Position numbers and translations under genes: made by a program. Below, piece after piece: positions 51,205-64,000 of a stretch of DNA of 64,000 bases. This DNA is from the human T2T-CHM13v2.0 reference genome, Homo sapiens. The stretch's first letter is position 1. The number at the start of each line of letters is the position of its first letter. The DNA lies in assembly GCF_009914755.1 (NCBI RefSeq), contig NC_060927.1. The stretch is one strand, 5' to 3'. The notes below the pieces were generated by a model, which ran no database searches, was not told the DNA's origin, and worked only from the letters and a program-made list of their open reading frames with translations.

Positions 51205-51697
51205 TTCTAAATGTTTATATGGTACATTCTTTTTTGAGTTCAGCGCGTCTGTTAGATTCATTCGTGTTGTTACATGTATCCGCAGGTCATTCTGTTTGTT
51301 GTTGAGGAGTATTTCATTGTGTAAATTTCCTTTCATTTTCTCACTGCTGCACATTTCATTTGGCTCCAGTTTTCAATTACCGTGAAAAAGTCGCTATGAA
51401 CATGTTTGTACAAGACTTTCCATGAACACGTTTTTACTTCTCCTAGATAAATCCCTGAGAGTGGAATGGTTAGACCAAAGGGGAAGTGTATATTTAACTT
51501 TATAAGAAAATGCCAAATATTTTTCCAAAGTGGTCGTGCCATTTTACATTCCTGCCATCGGTTATTGACAGTTCTGGTTGCTCCACATCCTCGACAAAAT
51601 TTTCATTTCTCCGATGACTAATAACATTGAGCACTTTGTGTTCATTGGCCAAATATGTATATAAAAAATATATATATCTGTATATGTATACACACAT

Positions 51698-51729
<32 letters not shown>

Positions 51730-52724
51730 GCATATCGTCCTTTGTGCAATGTCTGCATTTTTGCCCATTTTTAAATGGATTGTTCATCTTAGTATTGAAT
51801 TATAAGAATTTCCTATATATCCTGAATATAAATCCTTTGTCAGATATACGTTCTAAAAATATTTTCTTCCAATTTGAGGTTTGCCTATTCATCTTATCAT
51901 TGGTGTTATTTGGTGAGCAGGAGTATTTTAGTTTGATAAAGTCCAATTAATGATTTTTTAAAAATTTTATGGTGTTACCTTCCGTGACGTAAGAAATCCT
52001 TGCCTATTCCTCTTTGCAAAGATACTGTATTTTCTTCAATAAGCTTCATAGTGTTTACTTGTACATTTAGGGCTATGTCCCAGTTTATACAATTTTTGTG
52101 CATGCTTACTAATTTAGTGTATGGTATAAATTTATACTAAATTTTGTGTGTAGTATGTGTATAGTATACATTTTCTATAGGGATATCCAGTTGTTCCAGC
52201 ACCATTCATTAAAAAGGCTTTTTTCACTGTTGAATTGTTTTGGTGATTTTGTCAAAAGCCAATTGACTGCAGAAATAGAGACCTATTTCTGAACCCTTTA
52301 TTCTGGTCCATTTATCTATTTGGCCTTATGCCAATACCACACAGTCTTGATTACAATTGTTTTATAATAAGTATTGAGGTAGGGTAGGTTTATAAATGCT
52401 CTGGCATCAATCTGAGCTCTTTGCATTTCTATATAAATTTTAGAATATTTTGTTAATTTCTATAATTAGTGTCTGCTGGGATTGTGTTGTAAATGGATTG
52501 AGTATATAGACTAATTTGGGGGAAAGTGATATCTTAACAATACTGAGTCTTCTATTCCAGGAACACAGTATATCTCTCCATTTATTACAGTCTTCAATTT
52601 CTTTCAGCAATGTTTTGTGGTTTTCTGTGTTGAGCTTTTGCACATCTTTGGTAAATTTATGGCTAATTATATTATGGTTTTTTAATGCTATTGTGAATGA
52701 CATTTTTTCATTTAATTTCCAGGT

Positions 52725-53185
52725 GATATTAGTCTCCAATGGCTGCTGTAACAAGTGACCTGAAACTGGGTGGGTTAAAACCACAGAAATGTATTCTCTT
52801 CACAATCTGAAGATCAGAAGTCTTTAATCTGTATCACTGGGCTAAAATCAAGGTGCTAGCAGGGCTGCATTCCTGCTGGAGGCTCTAAAGGAGAAGTCCT
52901 TGTTTGCTTATTCCATCTTCTGGTGGCTACCAGCATTCCTTGGCTTACGCCTACATCACTCCAAACTCTGCCTGTCTTCACATTGCCTTCTGCTCTGAAT
53001 ATGTGTGTGAAAATCTCCCTCTCATAAGAATATATTGGATGGCATTTAGGGCCTACCTAGATAATCTAGTATAATCTCCCCATCTCAATATCCTTCACTT
53101 AATCACATCTGCAAAGAGCCCTTTTCCAAGTAAGGTAACATTCACAAGTTCCAAGGATTAAGATCTGATATCTGCACAGGTGTTT
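52725..53185 (-). mobile_element. MLT1 (MaLR) LTR
   Basis: ggctgctgtaacaagtgacc...aaaatcaaggtgctagcagggc...cacttaatcacatctgcaaag. Confidence 0.8.
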
Positions 53186-53451
53186 TTGCAAGTATATAGA
53201 AACACAATTTGCTTACATTGGGTTTGTACTCTGAGGCCCTCCTTAATTCACTATTTCTGGTGTTTGCTTTTTATTAATTTCTTAGGATTTTCTATGTAAT
53301 CAGTCACATCAGCTGAAAATGTTATGCCTTACATTTCTTGTTCTTGCATTATTGCACTGAATGTAATATATTTAGTCTTAAAAATATAAACCATAATATA
53401 CAAAAAGTATAAAAATTGTAAAAACTATGGGTTATGCCATAATCCCAAAAA

Positions 53452-53751
53452 TATGGCTTAAACCCATAATCCCAGCACTTTGGGAGGCTGAGGCAAGAGG
53501 ATCTCTGGAGCCCAGGAGTTCAAGACAAGTCTGGGCAACATAGGAGACCCAGTGTCTGAAAATATATATATATATTAAAAAATTAGCCAGGCATGGTGAT
53601 ATATGTCTGCCGTCCCATCTACTTAAGAGGCTGAAAAGGGCAGACCACTTGAGCCCAGGAGTTCGAGGCTGCAGTGAGCCATGATCACACCACTGCACTC
53701 TAGCCTGGGAAACAGAGCAAGACGCTGTCTCAAAATAAATAAATAAACAAA
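53452..53751 (+). mobile_element. AluJ
   Basis: Diverged Alu with tail. Confidence 0.88.
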
Positions 53752-54456
53752 CATTATAAAATAATGTGGATTTAATCATTAACAAACAATTTCAAGTTCT
53801 TGCACAGTTTCACAAAGGTTAATGTGACCCAAAGCTTCACCTTTATAAAGACAACTCTCGAATCTGTATTGCAAGCCCCATCTCCCTGTGGAACTCCAAA
53901 GCTTGATTTCTAACTGCCACCTGAATAACCCATTCACACTTCAGCACCAATCATCATTCCAAAGCCAGCATTATCATCCCCTTGTAATCAGCTTTTCTAT
54001 ATTTGTGACTGTTACTAATAATGTCAATTGACTTTGGCTTCAACCCCATTATCTTTTGATTCCTCTTCCTAGTTTCTTCATTTAGCTTTTCATTGTTTTA
54101 AATACTCCGAAGTATCCTTTCAAAGAATCTCTCACTTCTTCCCATTACCAGGCTTTGGTTAAGGGCCCTCACACTTGACTTTCTCAACAGCCCCCTATCC
54201 AGTCTTCCTGACCCTCAGTTTCCCTCTTTACAAATTCATCCTTTTCTGTTTCTCCAGGATTATCTTTTTTGAGCCCACTTTATGACACTATAGTCTGCCT
54301 CTGTGGGTAGTAACTGTTGCTACCCATTACTTGGTCCTCAGCTTGTACTACCTCACATTAATGTTTACCTTTTATGTATGTCTGTCTTCCTAACCAAACC
54401 ATGGTTAGTTGAGGGTGGGAACTGTGGTTTACTCTTTTTAAAAAAATATATCCTCA

Positions 54457-54764
54457 GGCCTGGCACGGTGGCTGATGCCTGTAATCCTAGCACTTTGGAA
54501 GGTTGAGGCAGGCAGATTACTTGAGGTCAGGAGTTTGAAACCAGCCTGGCCAAAATGGTGAAACCCCGTCTCTACTAAAATACAAAAACTTAGCCAGGCA
54601 TGGTGGCATGCACCTGTAATCCCAGCTACTCAGGAGACTGAGGCAGGAGAATCACTTAAACCTGGGAGGTGGAGGTTACAGTGAGCCGAGATTGTGCCAC
54701 TGCGCTCCAGCCTGGGCGACAAAGTGAGACTCTGTCTCAAAACAAACAAACAAACAAACAAAAA
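54457..54764 (+). mobile_element. AluS with (CAAA)n tail, followed by (AT)/(GT) repeats
   Basis: Full Alu. Confidence 0.9.
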
Positions 54765-55643
54765 CCAAATATATATATATGTGTGTGTGTGTGTGTATAT
54801 AATTTGTGTGTGTATATATATGTATTTATATCCTCGACTAGGGTTCATAGGAAGTGACTGTAAATGTTTGTTAATAAGGATTATAACATGCTTTTCTGAG
54901 GGCTGGGGAGAGTTTGATAATGATGATGGTGCAAACATGTATGACTTCAGCTAATTATTGGCTTCTCCAGGAAACCACAAAGAGTAGTGTTAAGGAACTT
55001 GGAGATCTCCCAAGAAGAACTTTGCAAAAGCTTTTATGTATAAATTTAAATATAAAACTTATGAAATCAATTTTAAACATTTCCATTTCCATTAACATCT
55101 CTCATTACCTTCCTTTCTGAAAATTTCTGATTCGTTGGATAATTCTGAAAAGGGTCCCTTTTCCTGCTAAGGTAAATATTTAGAGTTTTACCTGGTGAAT
55201 TGCTCAATTCCCAGCTGAACTGGAAAATTTAGTTTAAAGTAGTAAAATTATTTCATGACTTCTGGATCAGAAAAATATTTTTAACATGTTTTTACAAGTA
55301 ATTAATACACAAGTTCAGAGTATAAAAGGGTTTACAATAAATGTAAGCCTCCCTCCCACTCATGACCCACTAACTTCAAGTCCTTCCTTGACTCTGCCCT
55401 TCACTAGGGCTTATCAACTCAAATATTTTCGTGGGTTAGGCATGTAACATAAATGAGTAATGCAAGTATGTCTGTTGTATAATGTCATATTAAATTGTAT
55501 TCATATAATTTATTCATATAATTTTACTTGCCTACTTGCATACTTGTGTTCTTTTGCCAAAAAAAAAAAAAAAAAAAGCTCTTTCTCATTGTTTTGGAAA
55601 TGGCTGACCCTCTCAGTCCTTCATTTTCTCTCACTTTTCATAT

Positions 55644-56374
55644 TGTAATCATCCAGCAGGTTCTTCCTGCTCACTGCACAGACAAAATCATTTCACTGAG
55701 ACCAGGGCATCGCAGTAGAAAAAGAGTTTAACTGATTCAAGACCAGCCTATGCAGGAGAACTGGAGTTGTCACTCAAATCAATCTTCCTGAAGGCTCTGA
55801 GGTTAGAGGTTTTTATGGACAATTTAGTGGGCAAGGGGTAGGGAATGGATGCTGCTGATTGGTTGGGGATGAAATAATAGGAAAACATTCCTTGTGTGCT
55901 GAGTCCACCTCTGGGCGGGGCCACAGGATCACTTGAGTCATGAGTCATAAGTCTCGATGGGGTGAGTCTGAAATATACCGCAAAAAAGCAGTCTTAGATT
56001 CTATAGTAATGATGTTATCTATAGGAGCAATTGGGGAAGTCATAAGATTTGTGAGTTCTGGCCACATTGATTCCTGAGCAGTAAGGGACTATAGAAACCA
56101 TACCTACGTCTTAGCACAGTTCAGGCCCCTCTCATGATCCTGTTCTCTTGGCCTTTCTTACAAAGGTGGTTTTTGGTTCCTGAGCAACGAGGGAGTTAGC
56201 TTTAGGAAGGGACTATTATAATCCTTTCTTTCAAGTTAAACTATAAACTACATTCCTCCCCAAAGTTCATTTGGCTTAAGTCCAGGAATGAGCAAGGACA
56301 GCTTGGAGGTCAGAAGCAAGATGGAGTCAACTATGTCAGGTTCCTCTTGTCATAATTTTGCCAAGGCAGTTTCA
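55644..56374 (-). mobile_element. LTR8-family (LTR8A/B-like) ERV1 solo LTR
   Basis: Minus strand begins TGAAACTGCCTTGGCAAAATTATGAC...GACTCCATCTTGCTTCTGACCTCCAAGCTGTCC and ends in CA; 4-bp TSD ATAT; 731 bp. Confidence 0.85.
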
Positions 56375-56617
56375 ATATAAGTAGTGGTTGTTTTTCCTCT
56401 TAATTTTTACTAAGAAAAGTAGAAGCACAAGCTTCATGATAAACAGTAATTGATGTGTTCAATTTCAGAAAGATGAAGGAGTGTGAACTACCGGAGAGGA
56501 CATGAGTGCCTGAAGGATAAAACTACTACTTGGCTCCTGGTTCCGAGACATTTTTTGTATATAAGAATTGAAGGTTGATGTTGTTAGGCATCCTGATATT
56601 TTTATGTGATTTTTTAA

Positions 56618-56931
<314 letters not shown>

Positions 56932-58549
56932 CAAATGTAGTGTTATTTTTAAAACACTGCATAGGCCAACACTGTCTAAACCAAACAAAACAGGTCTGTG
57001 GGCTGAATTTGGTCCAATGGTTGCAGTTTATTATACAACAGTTTGCCCTTTTTTCATGGCAACACTATGTATCTATGGGAGATCATTCCTTATCAGGACA
57101 TACAGACCTAAAGCATAGGTTTTCATGGCTAGTACGGATGTAATTTATGTGTCTAGTTCCTATACATGGACATTTATACTGATTCCAATCTTTTCCCATT
57201 TCATACAGTGCAGAAATAAACATCATCATGCATACATCTTTGCATACATGGGAATGATTCCACAGGATAAATGCCTAGAAGTAGAACTGCAAAACAAGGG
57301 CTTCATAAAACATATGATAACCATATATAAATGGTGATGGTGGTTAGTTTCTCCTTTTTTTATGGTTAAAGTCTTTTATCCCTAATTTTTCTTTTTTGTT
57401 GTTGTTGTTAAAGTCTCTTGGTTTCTCTTATTTTATTTTCTAAAATAACAAGGAAGTAACGATTACAAAGACACTTTTTGTACAACCCTACAATCCCAGG
57501 AAGATCTACAGTTTGCACAGGTTGGTACAGCAAATTGCTCTCTGGACCTGCCATTGAAACAGTCACCACAATAAATAAAGAAAATTCTAAGAGTCCTGCA
57601 TTTGGGAAGTTTACTATCAATGGCTAGGTCTACTCTTGGTGGTATTGTGAGTGCATGGGTCCAGACTTATGATTCTGACAATTAAGGGAAAAGGAATTGT
57701 CTTTATGCTCTGTGTATTTGTGTATGTGTGTGGCATGGGTGGGGGGCGGGTAGTGGGGAGGAGGTGAAAGGTCCCTGAAGTAAAGAGGATGCACAGGACC
57801 CTTTTATTTTAGTCCCTAAAAATTGGCTTCATAACCGTTCACAGGCCACATCCCTTTTACGGGCCCTGGTTTCCTTACAAAACATAAAAGGTTTGTGTTG
57901 GAAGGGGAAAGGAGTATTTAAAGTGATGGAGGAGAGGAGCTCAAGATGGCTGAGATCTGGGCCTGTCCAACATTGAGAAATTTGGGAGGGGAGCCATCAA
58001 AGAAGCCTGGGAGCAGCAGTTCCAGGGAAAAAGGAGAATGTGATGGCCAGAGAGCCAAAAGAAAAAGTAGTTGAAGGAGTGCTCAGCACTAGGCATCTGA
58101 ACTGAATGCTGTGGCAGGCTCACTGGCCACAAACAATAGGGAGCTGGTGGAGGCCTTGACGAGGACCATTTCAACAAACTGGTGGGCTTAAAATCCGGAA
58201 GAAACAGTTGAACAAATCATTTTGACGCCTTTTATAAACCACACAAGCTTATTCCAAACCCGTTACTGGCCTAACTGATTTAAGTCCCTTTCCCATCTGA
58301 TCCTCAGAGATTCTAAGGGACTTAGCCTATCCATGACTCTTCGTCCTGCTTCTCACCTCCCATGATTGCCCTAACGATGTGAAAGTGCTTTCAAACAAAG
58401 ATGCCCAAGAAAGAAGGTAGGCAAATGTGCAAGCATTAGTTTGTAGTACGCTATTACTGTATTTCACCTTGCACTCTCTAGTTTCCTTCGTGCTCCCTCA
58501 ATATCCAACTCTTAATAAATTCATGGCTCCCGGTGAGCATTCATCAATT

Positions 58550-59200
58550 CTCATTCCACGCCTTTAGCCCTTCCCGTTCCCGCCCAACTCTCGCTCCCTC
58601 CCCTGGCCAAATCTCTAACCTGCAAGGCTAATTCCGAATTCCAAATCGGAAGCAAGAGGGCGGGGCCCCGTGAGAGGCGATGGATTGCTCCAGTCCGTTC
58701 CCGACGCACTGTGCGCATGCGCTGGTCCTCCGCGGACCGTTCGTGCTGCCCGCCTAGAAAGGGTGAAGTGGTTGTTTCCGTGACGGACTGAGTACGGGTG
58801 CCTGTCAGGCTCTTGCGGAAGTCCATGCGCCATTGGGAGGGCCTCGGCCGCGGCTCTGTGCCCTTGCTGCTGAGGGCCACTTCCTGGGTCATTCCTGGAC
58901 CGGGAGCCGGGCTGGGGCTCACACGGGGGCTCCCGCGTGGCCGTCTCGGCGCCTGCGTGACCTCCCCGCCGGCGGGATGTGGCGACTACGTCGGGCCGCT
59001 GTGGCCTGGTAAGTGCAGGCTCTAATCTGGCCCCGTTAATTCTGGGGCCTCTTGAGAGTGGGGCTGTCTTATCTCTATCTCCAAAAATGTGCAGGTGACT
59101 CTCAGGCCAGGCCGACGGCAGTTGGAGAATTCCCAGATGTTCTTGAGGACCCAGAATGACAGGAGCCCTGGCTGGGCTTACGTTCGGAGCCGGCTTCAAT
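58550..59200. promoter_or_regulatory. OPA1: CpG-island promoter and 5' UTR of OPA1
   Basis: Dense CpG and high GC content. NRF1 consensus TGCGCATGCGC at 58712-58722, GC box GGGCGGGG at 58658-58665, ETS/GABP-type CGGAAG at 58647-58652 and GCGGAAGT at 58815-58822. No TATA box. This is typical of nuclear-encoded mitochondrial genes. Confidence 0.92.
58977..59008 (+). CDS. OPA1: OPA1 coding exon 1 (mitochondrial dynamin-like GTPase; start of targeting presequence)
   Basis: ATG TGG CGA CTA CGT CGG GCC GCT GTG GCC TG|gtaagt encodes MWRLRRAAVA(C). 32 coding nt, phase-2 consensus donor, inside a CpG island. Confidence 0.98.
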
Positions 59201-59948
59201 ACTGGCCCTTTTCTCTGGCCCTACCCAACCCGAAAATTCTGGACGCCTCTCAATCTTGGCCCGTCTCTATTGTCCTTTTGTCTCTGCCCTTTACACCCTT
59301 GTGTCTTCAGTGTTCTGTCTGTCTCTGGTTGCCTCTTTTGCCTTTTTTCTGTCCTCTCCCTGCCAGGTTTGGCTCTGTCCATGAGTCACCTCTCTCCACA
59401 TTTCTCCTAACTCTCGGTGTCTTCTTTTTCTTCCATTTCCACGCCATGTGTACATTGCATCTTCAGGTACCTGGGCTCTTCTATCGGGGAAAGGGGCGTC
59501 CGTCTCTTTCCCTAGCCCGCTGATAGAAGTCAGAACTAGAGCAATGACGCACACGGTGTCAGAGATGGTGATTCGAGATGCCCTTTCAATAGCAGCTTTT
59601 TTCTGTGTTTCGGGAGGGAGACTTACTTTTTGATGCAAGGTCGTGAACGTGGCACCACCTTTCTAATCTCAATCATTGTTGCCCTGGGGTGGTTTAATTC
59701 TAAATAGAAAATCATAGAAATCTTTTCATTTCTGTGCGTTACTATATGCATTGTAATGAGATTAAATTGGATTTTATAGGAAATTTTGTTCTAGTATCAT
59801 TAGATACCTTCAAGCTTAGCTCATTGTTGCAGGCATTTGATAGGAAGTAAGATGCATCAAGCAAAATTGGAAAAACGTGGTTTTCCTGAATTAACTTCTA
59901 AGCAGTTGTTTTGAATTTTTTCCAGACCTTTTTAAGTGGTATAGATAA

Positions 59949-60286
<338 letters not shown>

Positions 60287-61892
60287 CAATTTGTTTTATA
60301 TAGGTTAACTGGAGTCCAAAATACAGAACTAGATGAGATAACAATAGTTAACAGTGTTAGTCAGTTAGAATTATTGCATAGGTATTTTTAATCTCATGGA
60401 ATTTTAGTCTTTGAGTAAGTTCACAGCCCTTGGTATTAAAGTAAGTTATTTACAACCCTTGCATTTCTACTTCTCAATATTTAGTGAGGAAACATATCTG
60501 ATTTTCTTTAAATAAAAAGAGAAAAGACTGCAGAAGATAGCATTCTCTGTTGGAGCAATTAAGATGTATAAGAAGAACTACAAAGACGGAGTTTTAAAAC
60601 AAACTGATTTATAAGTGGTATTTATTTAATTGGCTGTCATTGGGCTAAATTATTTCTAAAGTTACCATGGATGCCATTGAGTCATGGCTTAAAAATGTCT
60701 CCTGGTGATGGCACAGTTTAGCTACCTAAAGAAGTAGAGATGTGGGAAGCCAGAAGCCCCAAGCTCTGCAGTTTTTCTTTTGCTATAGTTCCTTTGCATG
60801 TTGTGAAAGAATACAGTTAAATTCCTGCTCCCTAACAGATGAGAGCATAAGCATTTCTTTGGGCATACATATGTAAATACATGCTCATGGACATGTGAAA
60901 AGATCAATACTAACATTTGGGTGCAATAAATAATTGTGTAAAATTATTTTTAAAAGAATTACATATTAGGAAATGATATATTGATTAAAAGTGATAGTCA
61001 ATGAACAAGAGAGTAGATTTCTGGGGGAAACCTATTTTGCATCATACTTGATTTTTAGTTTTGACTGAATATTGAAGTCTATATTCAAAATTCTTTTCCT
61101 TTAGAACTGTAAAGGCATTGCTGCATTTTCTTCTAATGTAATTGTTTATTGCTGCTGAGAATTCTTATGACAATCTGATTTTTTCATCTTCATGATTATC
61201 TTGTTTTTCCCTTCATGGAATCTGTTAGGGTCTTGACTTTATCCTTTATCCTAAATTTCTCAAGGCTTGGACCAGGTGTGGGTTTGGTTTTGTTTTCTTT
61301 TGCTACTCATTTGACTTGGCACACTCAGTGGGCCTTTCCCTTTATCTTTCTTCATTTCTGAGACGTTTTTCTCTCTTATTTTTTATTATCTTCCTTTCAT
61401 TTTTCCTGTCCTTTTTCTTTCTAGACATCTCTTAGGAGGATAGTGGTCCTCTTAGATTGATATGTTATGTCCGTGATTTCCAAAGTAAGATTTGTACTCG
61501 TCGTCTGTTAAAAGGAAAAGCATACATATACCCTATGTATATATGCACACTTTTTTATTTTTAAATTATATATGTATCTGTACTAATTATTTACATTGTA
61601 AGTCAACCCTAACATAATCTTAAAGGATAAGATACAAAACATACTGCATCTAGAAGCTTCAGTACTTTCTTCCTGAATCCCAGTAGATCCTTTTGTTCAT
61701 CCCACGGGATGCATTCCGCCCCCATCCTCCCACTCCCTTTGGATACCACATTACCACAGCTCTGCATCACTTAACTTTCCTCTTATGTTTTTCACCTTTT
61801 TTTTTTTTTTTTTTGCATTTTATGTCCTGGGGAATTTCCTTAATTCATTTCATGGTTTTACTGTTGATTTTTTTAATATTGGCCATCGCAAC

Positions 61893-62163
61893 TTTTCTTT
61901 TCTTTTCTTTTCTTTTCCTTTCCTTTCCTTTCCTTTCCTTTCCTTTTCTTTTCTTTTCTTTTCTTAATTTTCTTTTCTTTTCTTTTCTTTTCTTTTCTTT
62001 TCTTTTCTTTTCTTTTCTTTTCTTTTCTTTTCTTCTTTTCTTTTCTTTCACACAGGATCTTGGCGTGTTGTCCAGGCTGGCCTCGAACTCCTGGGCTCAG
62101 GTAATCCTCTCACCTTGGCCTCCCAAAATGCCAGGATTACAGGCGTGCGCCACTGCATTTGGC
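61893..62163 (-). repeat. (TTTTC)n/(TTTCC)n tract as the expanded tail of a FLAM/Alu monomer (62045-62163)
   Basis: About 155 nt of pentamer repeats, then ccaggctggcctcgaactcctgggctcag. Confidence 0.88.
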
Positions 62164-62696
62164 GGCAACTTAATTTTTTTATTTTTATTTTTCCTTTTAG
62201 AGGACACCTAGCACTGAGCATTGCAACTTTTCATTTCCATGAACTTTTAAGAGAACTCTTAAAGACATGTTTAATTCTGTACACTTTCTATTGTTCTTTG
62301 ATTGCTGTTTTTGAATAACAACAAGGAGTACGCCTTAGCATTTTGATGGTATCCTCTTAATAGTCGCAATAATAGTCCCCTTGGCGCTCTGTATACTCTC
62401 AAGTCTTAAATGTTTTGTATGCAGCTGTACATTGACAGTTGAATGGTCTCGCTCCAAGTGGATCAGCAAGAACATAAAGAATCATTTAACTGGTACAGGC
62501 TGCGGCTTGTGAATTCCCTATTAACACCAAAGAAGACGTGTGAGACTCCGTACTGAAACTAAAGACGACTTGTGAGTTCCACACTGAGATCAAATAAGTC
62601 TTTATGATGGTGACAGAGAGTGGTGTCAACGCCTAAAGTTTTGGTTAATCTCTCTAAATTGAGGGGCTGACCAAAAGGGGGAACTTAACTGTATTA

Positions 62697-63362
<666 letters not shown>

Positions 63363-63429
63363 TTATTTTAATAAAATAGCTAGAGCAGGGAAATGGGGTA
63401 CTTTTTTTCCCCCTTTTAAGATGAGACAT

Positions 63430-63746
63430 AGCCAGGTGCAGTGGCTTACACCTGTAATCCCAACACTTTGAAAGGGAGGGTCGCTTGAGCTCAGGAGTTT
63501 GAGACCAGCCTAGGCAACATAGCAAGACCTTGTCTCTACTAAAATTCAAAAAAAATTAACTGGGCATGCTGGCACACACCTCTAGTCCCAGCTATTTATG
63601 AAGCTGAGGCAGGAGGATCACACTTGAGCCCAGATACGTGGGGCTGCAGTGAGCCCTGATAATGCCATTGCACTCCACGTTGGGCAACAGAGCAAGACTT
63701 CGTCTCAAAAATAAATAAATACCCTGTCTCAAAAATAAAAAATAAA
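63430..63746 (+). mobile_element. AluJ with duplicated 3' end
   Basis: Diverged Alu; gtctcaaaaataaa occurs twice. Confidence 0.85.
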
Positions 63747-64000
63747 TATGGGAGGAGAGATTTGACTTAGATTCCTCAAAGGGCAGGAGGAAAGAGAATT
63801 CCAAACAGTGATTCACCTTTAATGGGAGAAAGATCGCTTAATTTTACATGAGGAAGAAGAGGATTGGTGGAGATACAGTAGGTGGACAGTTTTTGTATGA
63901 GGAAGTTGAACATGTGTCATTCTAATAGCTTCCATTCTCTGTGAAGTAGAGGGCAAGGTCATCTACTGAGAGTTGGGGAGGTCAAGAGAGATAAGGGGAG

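Noticed and set aside
58551-59638. Several 115-194 aa ORFs around the OPA1 promoter
   Set aside because: Expected from stop-codon depletion in GC-rich or pyrimidine-rich DNA; no homology recognised.
61693-62211. 172-aa Phe/Ser/Leu-rich membrane-like ORF
   Set aside because: It is the translation of the (TTTTC)n tract and FLAM.

Overview
Human genomic DNA, recognisable as the 3q29 interval between two divergently transcribed genes. ATP13A4 lies on the minus strand: coding exon 1 is at 20059-20118 (MGHFEKGQHALLNEGEENEM) and its intron 1 runs to the left edge. OPA1 lies on the plus strand: a CpG-island promoter at about 58550-59200, coding exon 1 at 58977-59008 (MWRLRRAAVA), and intron 1 running to the right edge. 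Most of the rest is interspersed repeat: about 28 Alu/FLAM copies including a human-specific AluYb8, L1 fragments, solo LTRs, hAT MITEs and MIR/L2. There is also a 3'-truncated processed EEF1A1 pseudogene and candidate antisense lncRNA exons over the ATP13A4 5' end. Nearly all ORFs in the supplied track are repeat-derived or chance. I see no new multi-gene system. The most unusual signals are: (1) a mosaic at 28426-29497 assembled from three out-of-order local templates, with a snap-back junction; (2) a young 51-bp templated insertion with 12-bp target duplication, copied from 6.4 kb away; (3) an out-of-frame uORF overlapping the OPA1 start; (4) splice signals suggesting the OPA1 promoter drives a divergent transcript toward ATP13A4; (5) two hairpin-unit tandem arrays. 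Gene and repeat-family names come from recall of known sequences, not database searches, and repeat boundaries without a TSD are approximate.
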